Source: Dehalococcoidia bacterium UBA5760 (GTDB lineage Bacteria > Chloroflexota > Dehalococcoidia > Dehalococcoidales > UBA5760). From it: a stretch of 64,000 nt of DNA. Where the stretch lies: NCBI GenBank assembly GCA_002418895.1, contig DIFA01000017.1:668-64667 (forward strand), read 5' to 3'. Below are positions 1 to 11,664 of this stretch, in pieces. The notes under the pieces were generated by a model. The model worked only from the letters and a program-made list of their open reading frames with translations. It ran no database searches and was not told where the DNA came from. The first letter of the stretch is position 1. Every line of letters begins with the position of its first letter. The translations under genes were made by a program, and so were the position numbers.

Positions 1-79
1 TCGTGAAATCCCGATGGTCAAGAAAAAGATTGCCCGAATAAAGTCCGTAATCAGGGAGAGAGAGTTAGGAGTAAGGTAG
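1..79 (+). CDS. rpmC: 50S ribosomal protein L29, C-terminal fragment (gene starts upstream of window)
   Basis: Frame 2 reads [25 protein letters not shown] then TAG at 77-79. It sits directly upstream of rpsQ, as in the conserved S10/spc order. Confidence 0.6.
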   Translation, partial: REIPMVKKKIARIKSVIRERELGVR

Positions 80-89
80 GTTTAGGGCT

Positions 90-371
90 ATGGAAGTTAA
101 ACGAAAAACAAGGGTCGGTTGTGTTGTGAGCAACCGGATGGACAAAACGGTGTTGGTGGCGGTAGAAACTCCCAGACGCCATCCGTTATATAAGAAGACG
201 ATGAAGAGGGCGGTCAAATATAAGGCCCATGACGAGGGTAATAAATGTGGTTTGGGTGATATAGTCAGGATTGAAGAGACTCGTCCGCTCTCGCGGTTAA
301 AGAGGTGGCGGGTAGCTGATGTCATCACTAAAGGAAATATAGTTGAACTTCAGCCTAAGGAAATAGCCTGA
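90..371 (+). CDS. rpsQ: 30S ribosomal protein S17
   Basis: 93 aa. The sequence [19 protein letters not shown]...HPLYKKT is typical S17. Gene order is L29-S17-L14. Confidence 0.95.
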   Translation: MEVKRKTRVGCVVSNRMDKTVLVAVETPRRHPLYKKTMKRAVKYKAHDEGNKCGLGDIVRIEETRPLSRLKRWRVADVITKGNIVELQPKEIA

Positions 372-391
372 AGTTTTCAGGGTGGAGTAAT

Positions 392-757
392 ATGATTCAA
401 CCACAAACCAGATTAAAGGTAGCCGATAATACCGGGGCCCGGCAGCTTATGTGTATTAATATACCGGGCAGCGTGAGAAAGTACGCTCGGGTTGGTGATG
501 TTATTGTCGCTTCGGTGAAAAGAGCGATACCGGGAGGGGTGGTGAAGAAGGGTGAAGTAGTCAAGGCGGTTATTGTTCGTAGTACCGGACAGTATCGCCG
601 TCCTGATGGCTCTTATATCAAGTTTGATGAAAATGCGGCGGTGATTCTGACCGATAAAAATAATCCCAAGGGGAGCCGGATATTTGGGCCGGTCGCCAGG
701 GAGTTGCGCGATAAGAATTTTACCAAGATCATTTCGCTGGCTCCTGAAGTATTGTGA
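392..757 (+). CDS. rplN: 50S ribosomal protein L14
   Basis: 121 aa with the canonical N-terminus [17 protein letters not shown]. Confidence 0.97.
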   Translation: MIQPQTRLKVADNTGARQLMCINIPGSVRKYARVGDVIVASVKRAIPGGVVKKGEVVKAVIVRSTGQYRRPDGSYIKFDENAAVILTDKNNPKGSRIFGPVARELRDKNFTKIISLAPEVL

Positions 758-768
758 GGTAAGGGAAA

Positions 769-1080
769 GTGAAGATTAGAAAGGATGATACCGTACTGGT
801 CATTGCCGGTAAGGACAGGGGCAAAAAGGGTAAAGTGCGTTTTGCTTATCCTAAGAATAACACGCTGGTAGTCGAGGGGATCAACTTTATTAGAAAACAC
901 GCCAGGGCTACCGGCCGGGTCAAGCAGGCTGGTATCATAGAGCAGGAGGCACAAATCGCTGTGTCGAAAGTTATGCTCCTTTGTAGTCGGTGTAATCATC
1001 CTACCCGCATCGGTTTCCGCTTTCTGGAAGACGGGCGAAAAGTGCGTATATGTCGTGTTTGTCATGAGGTGATTGAATAA
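769..1080 (+). CDS. rplX: 50S ribosomal protein L24 (with C-terminal CxxC...CxxC zinc knuckle)
   Basis: 103 aa, GTG start. KOW region DTVLVIAGKDRGKKGKV. C-terminal part reads CSRCNHPTRIGFRFLEDGRKVRICRVCH. Confidence 0.93.
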   Translation: MKIRKDDTVLVIAGKDRGKKGKVRFAYPKNNTLVVEGINFIRKHARATGRVKQAGIIEQEAQIAVSKVMLLCSRCNHPTRIGFRFLEDGRKVRICRVCHEVIE

Positions 1081-1623
1081 GTGTCGCGACTTAGAGAAAG
1101 GTATAAAAAAGAAGTCATTCCTGGTCTGATGAAGCTTTACGGGTATCGTAACGTAATGCAGATACCCCGTCTGGAGAAGTTGGTGCTCAATATCGGGTTG
1201 GGGGAGGCAATTCAGAACGCCAAAGCTATTGAGGCCGCGGAGAACGATCTGGTGGCTATTTCGGGGCAGCATCCGGTAATTACCCGGGCTAAGAAGTCTA
1301 TCGCTGCCTTTAAATTAAGAACGGGTATGCCGATCGGGCTTAAGGTAACCTTGCGTGGAGAACGCATGTACGAGTTTTTTGATAAGCTGGTTAATGCTGT
1401 TCTGTCCCGTCGTCGTGAGTTTCAGGGGGTTCCCCGGAACGCCTTTGACGGTCGGGGCAACTATACCCTGGGTCTTAACGAGCAGATCGTTTTTCCTGAA
1501 GTGGATTACGACAAGGTAGACAAAATACGCGGACTGGAAATCTCGGTTGTTACTACAGCAAAGACAGATGAGGAAGGCCGGCATTTGCTGGAGTTGTTAG
1601 GTATGCCCTTTAGTAAGGATTAG
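1081..1623 (+). CDS. rplE: 50S ribosomal protein L5
   Basis: 180 aa. The GTG start abuts the rplX stop. [13 protein letters not shown] and the position in the spc cluster support the call. Confidence 0.95.
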   Translation: MSRLRERYKKEVIPGLMKLYGYRNVMQIPRLEKLVLNIGLGEAIQNAKAIEAAENDLVAISGQHPVITRAKKSIAAFKLRTGMPIGLKVTLRGERMYEFFDKLVNAVLSRRREFQGVPRNAFDGRGNYTLGLNEQIVFPEVDYDKVDKIRGLEISVVTTAKTDEEGRHLLELLGMPFSKD

Positions 1624-1635
1624 GTGTTGAGATAG

Positions 1636-1821
1636 ATGGCTAAGAAATCAATAGTTGTAAGGTCCAAGCGCCAGCCAAAATACATGGTACAGCAGTATCA
1701 CCGTTGCTACCTGTGTGGCCGGCCCCGTGCCTATATGCGTCGTTTTGGTCTGTGCCGCATTTGTTTCCGTAAGCTGGCACTTGCTGGTCAGGTGCCCGGG
1801 GTAAGGAAATCGAGCTGGTAG
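1636..1821 (+). CDS. rpsN: 30S ribosomal protein S14, type Z (zinc-ribbon form)
   Basis: 61 aa with [22 protein letters not shown], giving two CxxC pairs. Confidence 0.95.
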   Translation: MAKKSIVVRSKRQPKYMVQQYHRCYLCGRPRAYMRRFGLCRICFRKLALAGQVPGVRKSSW

Positions 1822-1861
1822 TGGACGTTTGAGAGAATAAGCATAGACCGAGGGGGTGTGA

Positions 1862-2260
1862 GTGACTGTTTCTGACCCAATTGCTGATATGTTAACCCGA
1901 ATACGTAATGCCATTATGGCAAGACATGACTTCGTTCTGGTACCATCATCAAAGATGAAGCTGGCTATTACTACCATACTTAAAACGGAGGGTTTCATCA
2001 ATGACTATGAGGTAATCAAGGGGGGGGGACACCGGGTGATTAAGATTAGCCTCAAATATGATGATAGGAATTGCCCGGTCCTTTCTGGTTTGGAGCGGAT
2101 GAGTAAACCCGGATTGAGAGTGTATGCCGGGCATAAGGAAATCCCCCGTGTTTACGGCGGACTGGGTGTTGCTATCCTTTCCACGCCTGATGGTGTCATG
2201 ACGGGACAGCAGGCTTGGCGTAAGGGTGTCGGTGGTGAGCTATTGTGCTATGTTTACTAA
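1862..2260 (+). CDS. rpsH: 30S ribosomal protein S8
   Basis: 132 aa with N-terminus [17 protein letters not shown]. Confidence 0.97.
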   Translation: MTVSDPIADMLTRIRNAIMARHDFVLVPSSKMKLAITTILKTEGFINDYEVIKGGGHRVIKISLKYDDRNCPVLSGLERMSKPGLRVYAGHKEIPRVYGGLGVAILSTPDGVMTGQQAWRKGVGGELLCYVY

Positions 2261-2282
2261 TTCAGCGGCGAGGTTAATTTAG

Positions 2283-2828
2283 ATGTCTAGAGTGGGGCGG
2301 ATGCCAATAACTGTGCCACAGGGCGTGGCGGTAAATATTGAAGGCAACAGGGTTACTGTAGCCGGACCTAAGGGTGAGCTTTCGCGTAGTTTTAGCCCGG
2401 ATATGTCGATTACCTTAAGCGACGGTATCCTGACCGTATCACGCCCCAGCGATAATAGGGAACATCGTTCCTTGCACGGTTTGACAAGGAGCCTATTGGC
2501 TAATATGGTGGTGGGAGTATCCAGTGGCTTTGAGAAGAACCTGGAAATAGTCGGCGTAGGTTACCGGGTGGAAAAGGTGGGGGATAATCTGGTGTTCCGT
2601 ATTGGCTTTTCTCACACGGTGGAGGTATCTCCCCTGCCTGGCGTGGTTCTGAATGCTGAAGCGGCAAATCGCGTTAAGATAAGCGGGATTGATAAAGAGG
2701 TGGTTGGTCAGATGGCGGCTGAGATTAAGGCTATTCGTCCGCCTGATGCTTATAAGGGTAAGGGTATCCGTTACGCTGGTGAGTACGTTCGCTTGAAACC
2801 GGGTAAAAGCAAGCAGGCTGCTAAGTAA
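2283..2828 (+). CDS. rplF: 50S ribosomal protein L6
   Basis: 181 aa. MSRVGRMPITVPQGV... with the two-domain L6 pattern; position after S8. Confidence 0.95.
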   Translation: MSRVGRMPITVPQGVAVNIEGNRVTVAGPKGELSRSFSPDMSITLSDGILTVSRPSDNREHRSLHGLTRSLLANMVVGVSSGFEKNLEIVGVGYRVEKVGDNLVFRIGFSHTVEVSPLPGVVLNAEAANRVKISGIDKEVVGQMAAEIKAIRPPDAYKGKGIRYAGEYVRLKPGKSKQAAK

Positions 2829-2847
2829 GGGGTGATGGAGCGATAAG

Positions 2848-3213
2848 ATGGGTAAAATTGAACCAAGGGCAGCACGTAAGAACAGACATGCTCGGGTTAG
2901 AGCTAGGTTAAGCGGCACTATCGATAGACCGCGCTTGTGTGTTTTTCGAAGTTTGAGTCATATCTATGCTCAGATTATTGATGATTCGAGCGGACATACC
3001 CTGGCCTGTGCTTCAACACTTGACCAGGAAGTAAAAGGTGAAGCAAACGGTAGGAATAAGTCGGGTAAGGCTGAGCTTGTTGGTTCTCTGATGGCCAAGC
3101 GTGCTCTGGAGCAGGGGATAACGCAGGTGGTTTTTGACCGTGGTGGGTATAAATATCACGGTCGAGTTAAGGCTCTGGCTGAGGCAGCGCGACAGGGTGG
3201 GTTGAAGTTTTAG
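2848..3213 (+). CDS. rplR: 50S ribosomal protein L18
   Basis: 121 aa. [30 protein letters not shown] and a C-terminal [20 protein letters not shown]. Confidence 0.95.
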   Translation: MGKIEPRAARKNRHARVRARLSGTIDRPRLCVFRSLSHIYAQIIDDSSGHTLACASTLDQEVKGEANGRNKSGKAELVGSLMAKRALEQGITQVVFDRGGYKYHGRVKALAEAARQGGLKF

Positions 3214-3232
3214 AAAGGTGGTTCCTGATTAG

Positions 3233-3760
3233 GTGAAAGAGTTGGTAAGCAAGATAAACCCGGAAGAATTGGTGTTAACTGATAAGCTTGTCTATGTCAA
3301 CCGTGTCTCTAAGGTGATGAAGGGGGGTAAGCGCCTCAGTTTTAGCGCTCTGGTAGTAACTGGCGATGGTAACGGATATGTTGGCGTTGGTACGGGCAAG
3401 GCTAAGGAAGTACCGCTGGCAATTAATAAGGCTAATGCGAACGCCAGAAGGAACTTGATTAAGGTAAAGATGGCAGGGTCTACTATTCCCCATGAGATAG
3501 TGGTCAAGTTTGGTGCTACCAGGGTCTTGCTGAAGCCGGCGGCGCCAGGTACGGGTATCATCGCCGGTAGTAGCGTCCGGGTTATTATGGAGTCGGCCGG
3601 GGTTAAGGACATTTTGACAAAATCACTGGGTAGCTCTAATCGGGTTAACATGGCGAAGGCGACTATACTGGCGCTAACGAAACTCAGAGACCTGAAGGGA
3701 GAGTTGGCCAAGCGCCGTCCTGTTGCTCGGGTTGAAGATGAGGTGGTAAACGGTGGCTAA
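3233..3760 (+). CDS. rpsE: 30S ribosomal protein S5
   Basis: 175 aa, GTG start. [36 protein letters not shown]. Confidence 0.95.
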   Translation: MKELVSKINPEELVLTDKLVYVNRVSKVMKGGKRLSFSALVVTGDGNGYVGVGTGKAKEVPLAINKANANARRNLIKVKMAGSTIPHEIVVKFGATRVLLKPAAPGTGIIAGSSVRVIMESAGVKDILTKSLGSSNRVNMAKATILALTKLRDLKGELAKRRPVARVEDEVVNGG

Positions 3761-3938
3761 ATTCCGTGTCGTTTGGGTTAAGAGTGGCATCGGTTACAGC
3801 AAGGTTCAGAAACAAACGCTAAAGGCTCTTGGTCTGCGCCGACTAAATCAGAGCGTTGTTCACGCTGACAGCGGCGTAGTCCGGGGTATGATTAATAAAG
3901 TAAGACATCTGGTTAAGGTGGAGGAAACAAGCTCGTGA
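3753..3938 (+). CDS. rpmD: 50S ribosomal protein L30
   Basis: 61 aa, overlaps the rpsE end. [28 protein letters not shown]. Confidence 0.9.
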   Translation: MAKFRVVWVKSGIGYSKVQKQTLKALGLRRLNQSVVHADSGVVRGMINKVRHLVKVEETSS

Positions 3939-4399
3939 GGCAGAATGAACTATCTCCAGCTCCCGGTTCCAGAAAAGAACGGAAACGGGTTGGGCGTGGC
4001 AATGGTAGCGGTCATGGCACCTATTCCGGGCGCGGCTCGAAGGGGCAGAAGTCCCGTTCCGGTTACAGGATGAAGCCTGGCTTCGAAGGGGGTCAGCTAC
4101 CCTTAATACGGCGCTTGCCTCGGAAGCGCGGCTTTACCAACATTTTCCGGGTAGAATATAGCGTTGTTAATCTGGACAAGCTGAGCTTCTTTGAAGCAGG
4201 GAGTGAGGTAACGCCGGAGAGGCTGCTTGCCGCCGGGATAATAAAGTCGCTGCAGCACCCGGTCAAGATTCTGGCTGGTGGTGATATCAGTTATCCTCTT
4301 TTGGTAAAGGCGGACAAGTTCTCTGATGCGGCTAGAGCTAAGATTGAGGCGGCAGGAGGTACTGTGGAGGAGGTAGGGTATGCGGCAGAGACAGACTAG
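3935..4399 (+). CDS. rplO: 50S ribosomal protein L15
   Basis: 154 aa. Gly/Arg-rich N-terminus [26 protein letters not shown]. Confidence 0.93.
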   Translation: MRQNELSPAPGSRKERKRVGRGNGSGHGTYSGRGSKGQKSRSGYRMKPGFEGGQLPLIRRLPRKRGFTNIFRVEYSVVNLDKLSFFEAGSEVTPERLLAAGIIKSLQHPVKILAGGDISYPLLVKADKFSDAARAKIEAAGGTVEEVGYAAETD

Positions 4400-5705
4400 C
4401 AGACCAAGACTGCTCCAGGCAATGTTTGATGCCTTCCGTTTGCCTGATTTGAGACGGCGGATTCTCTTTACCATCGGCATACTGGTAATCTTCCGTTTCG
4501 TGGCTCATATTCCTCTACCTGGGGTAGATTCTGTTGCTCTGCAGAACCTATTTGAGCAAAATGCCATGTTGGGCATGCTCGATATGTTCAGCGGTGGTGC
4601 GATGAGGAATTTCAGTATCGCCGCAATGGGAGTATACCCCTACATTACCGCTTCGATTATTATGATGCTGCTCACGCCTATTATCCCCCGTTTACATGCC
4701 CTGTCAATGGAGGGGGAAACGGGTAGGAATAGAATTAATCAGATAACGCACTGGTTGACCATACCGATGGCCGGCGTTTCCGGTTACGGACAAATGATAC
4801 TGCTTCAGCGGGAAGGGGTGATCAGCAGCGCGGCTGCTCTGCCCACGGCGGCCATGGTCCTGTCGCTGATAGCGGGTACCATGTTCCTGGTCTGGTTGGG
4901 CGAGCTTATCACAGAGTATGGCATCGGCAACGGCATCTCGATAATAATATTCGGTGGTATCGTGGCCGGTCTGGGTAGCTTGGTACAGCAGGGTTATTTT
5001 GCAGCCCAGAGCGTCGGTATACCCAATGTTGTTGGTTACGTCGTGATCGTTTTAGTTGTCATCGCGGTAATCGTCATATTTACCGAGGCGCACCGCCGTA
5101 TCCCGGTCCAGTACGCCAAGAGTGTTTTTAAGGGCGGTCGTATGTACCGGCAGTCGGGGTCGACCCATATCCCCCTGCGGGTAAACACAGCCGGGATGAT
5201 ACCGCTCATCTTCGCTATGTCGATAGTAATCTTTCCCAGTATGATAGCCAGTTATTTCGTCGCTCCGGCCGGCGCTGACCCGAACTTCGCCAACTATATT
5301 CAGAATCTGTTCAGTGCAGATGCGGCGCTACCGATGGGCCTGTTTTATTGGGGGCTATATTTTGTGCTGACGATGGCTTTTGCCTTCTTCTATACCATGG
5401 TGATTTTCCAGCAGCAGGACTTACCCGGCACGCTGCAGCGGCAAGGGGGATTTATCCCCGGTATTCGGCCGGGTAAAAACACCAAAGAGTATCTTGATAC
5501 CGTTATTAAACGCATTACCTGGGCCGGTGCCCTGTTCCTGGCGGTAGTGGCGATAGTACCGTTCCTGGCCCGGGAGGCTACTAGTATTCAGGTGATACAG
5601 TTGTCCAGTATGGGGCTGCTGATCGTGGTTGGTGTTGCTCTTGATACCATGAAGCAGATTGAAGCGCAGCTGGTTATGCGCCGATACGAAGGCTTTATAA
5701 AATAA
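4380..5705 (+). CDS. secY: preprotein translocase subunit SecY
   Basis: 441 aa, multi-[30 protein letters not shown] lies 6 nt upstream of the ATG at 4380. Confidence 0.95.
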   Translation: MRQRQTSRPRLLQAMFDAFRLPDLRRRILFTIGILVIFRFVAHIPLPGVDSVALQNLFEQNAMLGMLDMFSGGAMRNFSIAAMGVYPYITASIIMMLLTPIIPRLHALSMEGETGRNRINQITHWLTIPMAGVSGYGQMILLQREGVISSAAALPTAAMVLSLIAGTMFLVWLGELITEYGIGNGISIIIFGGIVAGLGSLVQQGYFAAQSVGIPNVVGYVVIVLVVIAVIVIFTEAHRRIPVQYAKSVFKGGRMYRQSGSTHIPLRVNTAGMIPLIFAMSIVIFPSMIASYFVAPAGADPNFANYIQNLFSADAALPMGLFYWGLYFVLTMAFAFFYTMVIFQQQDLPGTLQRQGGFIPGIRPGKNTKEYLDTVIKRITWAGALFLAVVAIVPFLAREATSIQVIQLSSMGLLIVVGVALDTMKQIEAQLVMRRYEGFIK

Positions 5706-5754
5706 GCAGATTGGCTGTGTTGAAGGATTCTTTATTATATTAAGAGAGGGGACG

Positions 5755-6405
5755 GTGTATATTATTCTTCTGGGGGCTCCCGGTGCCGGCAAGGGGACGC
5801 AGGCCGCCTATCTGGCGCAAAACCTGAATCTGGTTCATATTGCTTCCGGTGACCTTTTCCGTAAGGCACTGGAGCAGAATACCGTGTTGGGTAAGCAGGC
5901 CAGGTCCTATATGGAGAAGGGGGTGCTGGTTCCTGACGAGATAACCACAAAAATGGTGCTTGAGCGTTTGGCCGCTTTGAGCAATGAGTCCGGAGTAGTC
6001 CTCGATGGTTTTCCCAGGAACCTGCTGCAGGCTGAAGCGCTGGACAAGGCTTTGGCAGGCAGTTCCAGAGCTATCGATAGTGTAGTATATATCAAGGTTT
6101 CTCCGGAGGTGCTCCTGCAGCGCTTGAGCGGGCGTTGGATTTGCCGTAATTGCCAGGTGCCATATCATGAGGTAAGTTCTCCTCCCCGGGTTAAGGACAG
6201 ATGTGATAGGTGCAGTGGTGAGCTATATCAGCGTCCTGATGATACTCCGGAAACAGTAAAGAAGCGGCTTAAGGTATACTTTACCGAGACGGCTCCCCTT
6301 ATTGATTATTATGTTAGAACTGGCAAGCTGGTCGAGATAGACGGGGAGGGAAGTGTAGAAGATACCGGGAAGAGGATTGTCGCGGCTCTGGAGAAGGGTC
6401 GCTGA
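5755..6405 (+). CDS. adk: adenylate kinase (zinc-lid form)
   Basis: 216 aa, GTG start. P-loop GAPGAGKGT. Lid residues CRNC...CDRC. Confidence 0.95.
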   Translation: MYIILLGAPGAGKGTQAAYLAQNLNLVHIASGDLFRKALEQNTVLGKQARSYMEKGVLVPDEITTKMVLERLAALSNESGVVLDGFPRNLLQAEALDKALAGSSRAIDSVVYIKVSPEVLLQRLSGRWICRNCQVPYHEVSSPPRVKDRCDRCSGELYQRPDDTPETVKKRLKVYFTETAPLIDYYVRTGKLVEIDGEGSVEDTGKRIVAALEKGR

Positions 6406-6408
6406 GCA

Positions 6409-7158
6409 ATGGGTATCGTGATTAAGTCAGAGCGTGAGATCGCAGCAATGCGTCGAGCGGGTAGGGTAGTAGCCATTGTGCTGGAGGTATTAAGCGGATC
6501 AATAAGGCCAGGAATGAAGACTAAAGAGTTGGATGTTATCGCTGTGAGAGAGTTAAAGAAATTGGAAGCTAAACCGTCGTTTAAGGGATACCATGGTTTC
6601 CCGGCTAATCTCTGCGTATCGGTAAATGATGAGATAGTGCACGGGATCCCTGGGGAGCGAGTTTTAACGGAAGGTGATATAGTATCCCTTGACTTCGGTG
6701 CGATTTATGATGGCTTTCAGGGGGATGCGGCAGTAACGGTGAGTGTTGGTGAGGTTAAACCGGAGGTTAAGCGTCTTATCGAGACCACTAAGGATGCTCT
6801 GGAAGCTGGTATTGCCAGGGCTTATGCCGGGGCGAGGCTGGGAGATATTTCCGCTGCTATCCAGAGCTGTGCGGAGTCAGGAGGCTATTCCGTAATCCGG
6901 GAGTATACCGGTCATGGTATCGGCCGTCAGATGCACGAAGAACCTCAGATACCTAACTTCGGACAACCGGGAACGGGGCCGGTGCTGAAAAAAGGTATGG
7001 TGCTTGCTCTTGAGCCTATGGTGAGCATGGGCGATTGGCAGACCCGGCTTGGCAGTGACCACTGGACGGTATCTATGGCTGATGGTAGCCTTTCTGCTCA
7101 TTTTGAGCATACTATTGCTATTACCGATGCTGAAGCGGAGGTGCTGACTGTTGTCTAG
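6409..7158 (+). CDS. map: type I methionine aminopeptidase
   Basis: 249 aa. Metal-ligand context is VHGIPG, DFGAIYDGFQGD, HGIG, LEPM, EHT. Confidence 0.95.
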   Translation: MGIVIKSEREIAAMRRAGRVVAIVLEVLSGSIRPGMKTKELDVIAVRELKKLEAKPSFKGYHGFPANLCVSVNDEIVHGIPGERVLTEGDIVSLDFGAIYDGFQGDAAVTVSVGEVKPEVKRLIETTKDALEAGIARAYAGARLGDISAAIQSCAESGGYSVIREYTGHGIGRQMHEEPQIPNFGQPGTGPVLKKGMVLALEPMVSMGDWQTRLGSDHWTVSMADGSLSAHFEHTIAITDAEAEVLTVV

Positions 7159-7169
7159 AGAGGTAGCAT

Positions 7170-7391
7170 ATGCCTAAGAAGGAGGCTATTGAGGTTGAGG
7201 GGACGGTGTTGGAGCCTCTGCCTAACGCTATGTTTCGTGTTGAGCTATCTAACGGGCATCAGGTGCTGGCGCATATTTCGGGGAAAATAAGGTTGCATTA
7301 TATCAGGGTATTACCGGGTGATAGGGTGATAGTAGAGCTTTCTCCCTATGATCTGGGTCGGGGTAGAATTACCTATCGCTTAAAGCAATAA
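7170..7391 (+). CDS. infA: translation initiation factor IF-1
   Basis: 73 aa. [33 protein letters not shown]. Confidence 0.97.
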   Translation: MPKKEAIEVEGTVLEPLPNAMFRVELSNGHQVLAHISGKIRLHYIRVLPGDRVIVELSPYDLGRGRITYRLKQ

Positions 7392-7405
7392 GTAAGGAAT
7401 TCGTG

Positions 7406-7519
7406 ATGAAAGTTAGATCTTCGGTTAAAGTTAGATGTGAGAAGTGCAAGGTGATTAAGCGGCGGGGGGTGGTCAGGGTCATTTGTACCAACCCCCGGCA
7501 TAAGCAGAGGCAGGGCTGA
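7406..7519 (+). CDS. rpmJ: 50S ribosomal protein L36
   Basis: Hand-translated, too short for the ORF track: [37 protein letters not shown], stop TGA at 7517-7519. Confidence 0.9.
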   Translation: MKVRSSVKVRCEKCKVIKRRGVVRVICTNPRHKQRQG

Positions 7520-7548
7520 TTTACCTGTCGGATTAAGGAGGGGTCTTA

Positions 7549-7938
7549 ATGCCACGTATAGCTGGTGTAGATATACCAAAAAACAAGCAGATTTGGGTAT
7601 CGTTGCAGTATATCTATGGTATTGGTCCTGAGTTGAGCCGGAGGATTCTGGTTCGGACAGGTATTAGCGCCGATACCAAGGCGGATAGTCTTACTGAAGA
7701 TGAGGTTAACCGTCTCCGGGAGGTTATTGACCGCGAGTATAAGGTTGAAGGGGATCTCAGGAAAGAGGTCAACTTCAATATTAAGCGCCTTATTGAAATT
7801 GGTAGCTATCGCGGCATCAGGCATCGGCATAGTCTGCCGGTTAGAGGGCAGCGAACACGGACTAATGCCCGTGCCCGTCGTGGTACTAAGAAGACGGTCG
7901 CCGGTAGAGGTAAGAAACGCGGCATGACCAAGAAATAA
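7549..7938 (+). CDS. rpsM: 30S ribosomal protein S13
   Basis: 129 aa with N-terminus [13 protein letters not shown]. Confidence 0.97.
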   Translation: MPRIAGVDIPKNKQIWVSLQYIYGIGPELSRRILVRTGISADTKADSLTEDEVNRLREVIDREYKVEGDLRKEVNFNIKRLIEIGSYRGIRHRHSLPVRGQRTRTNARARRGTKKTVAGRGKKRGMTKK

Positions 7939-7969
7939 CCGGTTATTAGATATCAAGTAGGAGGTAAGA

Positions 7970-8362
7970 ATGGCAGAGAAGAAGCGTACCAGAGTCCGGA
8001 GACGGGAGAAAAAGTCCATTCCGTCGGGAAAGGCCTATATCCAGTCTACGTTCAATAATACTATCATTACCCTTACCGACCCGGAGGGGCATGTGATCTC
8101 TTGGGCAAGTTCGGGAACGGCTGGGTTTAAGGGCTCGCGTAAAGGTACTCCTTATGCAGCTCAGGTGGCGGCTCGTGACGCGGCAAGAAAAGCCATGGTA
8201 CATGGCTTACGTCAGGTAGAGGTTTATGTTAAAGGGCCAGGTAGCGGCCGTGAAGCGGCGATTCGTTCTCTGCAAAGTTCCGGCCTTTACGTTACCAGTA
8301 TCAAGGATGTGACTCCTCTTCCTCATAATGGCTGTCGTCCTCCAAAAAGAAGACGGGTATAG
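7970..8362 (+). CDS. rpsK: 30S ribosomal protein S11
   Basis: 130 aa. [18 protein letters not shown]. Confidence 0.97.
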   Translation: MAEKKRTRVRRREKKSIPSGKAYIQSTFNNTIITLTDPEGHVISWASSGTAGFKGSRKGTPYAAQVAARDAARKAMVHGLRQVEVYVKGPGSGREAAIRSLQSSGLYVTSIKDVTPLPHNGCRPPKRRRV

Positions 8363-8372
8363 AGGGTAAAAA

Positions 8373-9002
8373 ATGGCAAGATATACTGAAGCAGTCTGTC
8401 GTTTGTGTCGGCGTAGCGGTGAAAAGTTAATGCTTAAGGGTGGACGGTGTCTTACCCCTAAGTGTTCCGTTGATAGGCGGGCGAAGACACCTGGACAGCA
8501 GAGTACCGGACGGAGACGGCGGATTTCTGACCGTGGTTTTCAATTAAGAGAAAAGCAAAAGGCCCGTTATACCTATGGCATTATGGAGGGGCAGTTCCGG
8601 AGGTTGTTTGCTCAGGCCGAGAGGCAGCAGGGAATCACTGGAGAGAATCTTATCGTGCTGCTGGAGCGGCGGCTTGATAATGTAGTTTATCGGTTGGGCT
8701 TCGCTGATTCTCGTGCTCAAGCCCGGCAGGTAGTCCGTCATGGACATATCAAGCTCAATGGTCGTAAGAATAATATACCTTCCTATCTGGTTAAGGATGG
8801 TGACAGCATTTCCTGGCGAGAGAGCAGCACCAGAACAGGGTATTATAAGGAAGTGGCTGAGAATATCGACGCTAAATTAATACCGAGTTGGTTGAGTCTG
8901 GACAAGCAGAATCTGGTTGGCCAGGTGGTGTCGCTGCCTATCCCTGATGAAATTGAGGCCAAATTTGAGGGGAAGACGATAGTCGAGTTCTATTCACGAT
9001 AA
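8373..9002 (+). CDS. rpsD: 30S ribosomal protein S4
   Basis: 209 aa. [19 protein letters not shown] plus the S4 RNA-binding domain [11 protein letters not shown]. Confidence 0.97.
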   Translation: MARYTEAVCRLCRRSGEKLMLKGGRCLTPKCSVDRRAKTPGQQSTGRRRRISDRGFQLREKQKARYTYGIMEGQFRRLFAQAERQQGITGENLIVLLERRLDNVVYRLGFADSRAQARQVVRHGHIKLNGRKNNIPSYLVKDGDSISWRESSTRTGYYKEVAENIDAKLIPSWLSLDKQNLVGQVVSLPIPDEIEAKFEGKTIVEFYSR

Positions 9003-9026
9003 GTCAGTTGATAAGGAGGGAGCGTT

Positions 9027-10007
9027 TTGTCTCGCCTAGTGATACCGAAGATTACCTGTGTTGAGAGTAAGGAGAATTTTGGTCAGTTTCTGGCTGAGCC
9101 GCTGGAAAAGGGCTTCGGCGTTACTCTGGGGAATTCCCTGCGCAGAGTACTGCTCAGCTACCTCCCCGGGGCAGCGGTAACCGGGGTTATGATTGAGGGA
9201 ATACAGCACGAATTCTCCACTATTCCTTACGTAAAAGAAGATGTTACCGATCTGATTCTTAATTTTAAAGAGTTGAGAATCAGCTCCCTTTCCGGACAGC
9301 CGGGTAAATTGATACTGGAGGCAGAGGGGGAGAGACGTGTTTACGCTTCGGACATCAGGCCGTCGACTGATCTTAGCATTGCTAATCCGGAACTATACTT
9401 AGCCACTCTGGATTCGTCTGAAGCGAGACTCTATGTGGAACTGGATGTTGAAATAAATGAAGGTTATCGGCTGGCTTCATCCACTGATAACCTGCCTATC
9501 GGGGTGATTCCCATTGATGCTATCTTTACGCCGGTGCGAAAGGTCAATTTTACCGTTGAGCCGACGCATGTTGGTGAGGTGACCAGCCGTGAACGGCTGT
9601 CTCTGGAGATATGGACGGATGGTACGATATCACCGGTAGAAGCCCTCACCCGTAGCGCGGCTATTTTGGCGGAGCAGTTGACTGCTTTTGTTGACTACGC
9701 CCAGGTCTCCCGGGCCGATGAAGAGGAACAGGTTGTACGATTATCTATACCTGCAGAGTTATACGATATGCCGGTGACCGACCTGAATCTATCGGTGCGC
9801 ACTATGAATTGCCTGAGACGCGGTAATATTGAGACAGTAGGACAGATTATCAGTAAGAAAGAGAGTGAGTTACTGGCGTTGAGGAACTTCGGGCAGAAGT
9901 CTAAACAGGAGATAGAGGAACGCCTTGGGGAATTGGGGCTTTCTCTTAAACTTCAGACGGAAGAGCCGACTACTTCAGCGGAAGAGGAGGAGGAAGATGA
10001 GGCATAG
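9027..10007 (+). CDS. rpoA: DNA-directed RNA polymerase subunit alpha
   Basis: 326 aa, TTG start. An alpha-NTD, and an alpha-CTD with [22 protein letters not shown]. Acidic C-terminal tail. Confidence 0.95.
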   Translation: MSRLVIPKITCVESKENFGQFLAEPLEKGFGVTLGNSLRRVLLSYLPGAAVTGVMIEGIQHEFSTIPYVKEDVTDLILNFKELRISSLSGQPGKLILEAEGERRVYASDIRPSTDLSIANPELYLATLDSSEARLYVELDVEINEGYRLASSTDNLPIGVIPIDAIFTPVRKVNFTVEPTHVGEVTSRERLSLEIWTDGTISPVEALTRSAAILAEQLTAFVDYAQVSRADEEEQVVRLSIPAELYDMPVTDLNLSVRTMNCLRRGNIETVGQIISKKESELLALRNFGQKSKQEIEERLGELGLSLKLQTEEPTTSAEEEEEDEA

Positions 10008-10350
10008 ATTATCCGGGAGAAAACTAGGCAGGCATTCAGGGCACAGAAGGGCAATGTATCGTAATCTGGTGACCGACCTCTTGGGCTATGAGAAGATTAC
10101 TACTACGGAGGCTAAAGCCAGAGAGATACACGGTATGGCTGAGAGGGTTATTACCATGGGCAAGAAGGGAGGGCTTCATGCCCGCCGTCAGGCATTATCT
10201 TTTGTTATTGACGCCAAAACGGTTGATAAGGTATTTGATAAACTTGCTTCTAGATATGCCGAGCGTAGCGGGGGCTATACTCGTATCATTAAGTTGGGTC
10301 CTAGATTAGGTGACGGTGCAGCTATGGTTAGGTTGGAACTGGTAGAGTAA
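9997..10350 (+). CDS. rplQ: 50S ribosomal protein L17
   Basis: The ORF track starts at 9925, but the L17 N-terminus [20 protein letters not shown] begins at the ATG at 9997, overlapping the rpoA stop by 11 nt. Confidence 0.93.
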   Translation: MRHRLSGRKLGRHSGHRRAMYRNLVTDLLGYEKITTTEAKAREIHGMAERVITMGKKGGLHARRQALSFVIDAKTVDKVFDKLASRYAERSGGYTRIIKLGPRLGDGAAMVRLELVE

Positions 10351-10363
10351 AAAGGTTGCGAGG

Positions 10364-11134
10364 TTGGTGGCAGTCACCAGGGTTGTTTTAATAATAGAAT
10401 ATGACGGCAGACGCTATCACGGTTCTCAGCTCCAGGTTGGACTGGCTACTATACAGGAAGAGATAGAGCAGGCAATACGGGGGCTTACCGGAGAGAGTTG
10501 TCGGATAGCGGCAGCCAGCCGCACTGATGCCGGGGTTCATGCTTGCGGGCAGGTGGTTAGTTTTCGTACTAATTCGATCCTTCCTGAGCAGACCTTTGTG
10601 AATGGGTTAAACTACTATCTGCCCAGGGATATCGCGGTTAAGGCTGCCTATAGAGTAGCTGGCTCTTTTGATGTCCGGCGTGATGCCGTTAGCCGGGAAT
10701 ACAGCTACTATATTTTAAATAGTTTGACCCGTTCTCCGATCTGGATGGGTTTTGCTCATCTTGTTGGTGGGTATCTGGATATTGAGGTTATCAATGAAGC
10801 CTGTCAGGCTCTTCTTGGTGAGCGTGACTTTGCTTCGTTTGCCAGTATTACTGGTGTAAATAAGAAATGCACCGTGCGGTATGTGTATCGGGCAGTAATG
10901 GAGAAGCGGGGAGAATTGGCTGTTTTCAACATGGTGGCCAATTCCTTCTTACCCCATCAGGTGCGTAATACAATCGGACTGTTAATAAAGGTTGGACTGG
11001 GTAGAGTAAGTCCCGGTGAATTTCGTAGTATAATTGAGGCGAGGGTGCCGGGTCTGGCCGGTCCGATGGCGCCGGCCTGTGGACTACGCCTGATACGGGT
11101 AAATTACCCGGTCTCTTTCGGAGGAGAGACATAA
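10364..11134 (+). CDS. truA: tRNA pseudouridine(38-40) synthase TruA
   Basis: 256 aa. [12 protein letters not shown] and the catalytic-Asp context [16 protein letters not shown] start is uncertain by one codon. Confidence 0.85.
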   Translation: MVAVTRVVLIIEYDGRRYHGSQLQVGLATIQEEIEQAIRGLTGESCRIAAASRTDAGVHACGQVVSFRTNSILPEQTFVNGLNYYLPRDIAVKAAYRVAGSFDVRRDAVSREYSYYILNSLTRSPIWMGFAHLVGGYLDIEVINEACQALLGERDFASFASITGVNKKCTVRYVYRAVMEKRGELAVFNMVANSFLPHQVRNTIGLLIKVGLGRVSPGEFRSIIEARVPGLAGPMAPACGLRLIRVNYPVSFGGET

Positions 11135-11583
11135 TGAAAACCTATAGTGTTAAGGTTTCTGAGATTAAGCGGGAGTGGCATGTTATTGATGCCTCGGATA
11201 AAATCCTGGGCAGGTTGGCTACCGAGGCAGCTAAATTGCTGATGGGTAAGCATAAATCAATGTTTTGCCGCCACCTGGATGTCGGTGATTTTGTGGTTAT
11301 TCTCAATGCTGAAAAGATCCGGGTTAGTGGTAATAAGGTCAAACAGAAGGTATATTATCGACACTCGGGATACCCTGGTGGTTTTAAGAGCGTTACTCTT
11401 GAAGAGCTGATGCAGAATCATCCCACCCGTGCCGTTGAATATGCGGTTAAGGGGATGTTACCTCATAATCGATTGGGTGCCAGCATGATCAAGAAGCTGA
11501 AGGTATACGTCGGTGATAAGCATCCTCATCTAGCTCAGACAGAGGGTAAGCTGGTTAATGCTGAAGGTAAAGGAGAGAAGTGA
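11134..11583 (+). CDS. rplM: 50S ribosomal protein L13
   Basis: 149 aa. [18 protein letters not shown]. Confidence 0.95.
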   Translation: MKTYSVKVSEIKREWHVIDASDKILGRLATEAAKLLMGKHKSMFCRHLDVGDFVVILNAEKIRVSGNKVKQKVYYRHSGYPGGFKSVTLEELMQNHPTRAVEYAVKGMLPHNRLGASMIKKLKVYVGDKHPHLAQTEGKLVNAEGKGEK

Positions 11584-11664
11584 GGTCTTACTGCAGCAAC
11601 CGCTTCTCATTAGTACCAAGGAAGGGGGGTAAAGAGTAGGGATTCTATCATCCTGAAAAGAGAT

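Noticed and set aside
769-1080. A CxxC-x19-CxxC zinc knuckle at the C-terminus of ribosomal protein L24, considered as a possible novelty.
   Set aside because: From memory, a similar Cys-containing C-terminal extension exists in L24 of Thermus and other lineages. It fits the Zn-form S14, L36 and adenylate kinase also present here, so it is probably a lineage trait rather than a new feature.
9925-9996. N-terminal extensions in the ORF track: rplQ from 9925, mtnA to 37039, GNAT to 37590, PAC2 to 39323, purC to 55148, tsaC from 60415, hisC from 52435.
   Set aside because: In each case a downstream ATG reproduces the conserved family N-terminus and removes a long overlap with the neighbouring gene, often leaving a typical ATGA stop/start overlap.
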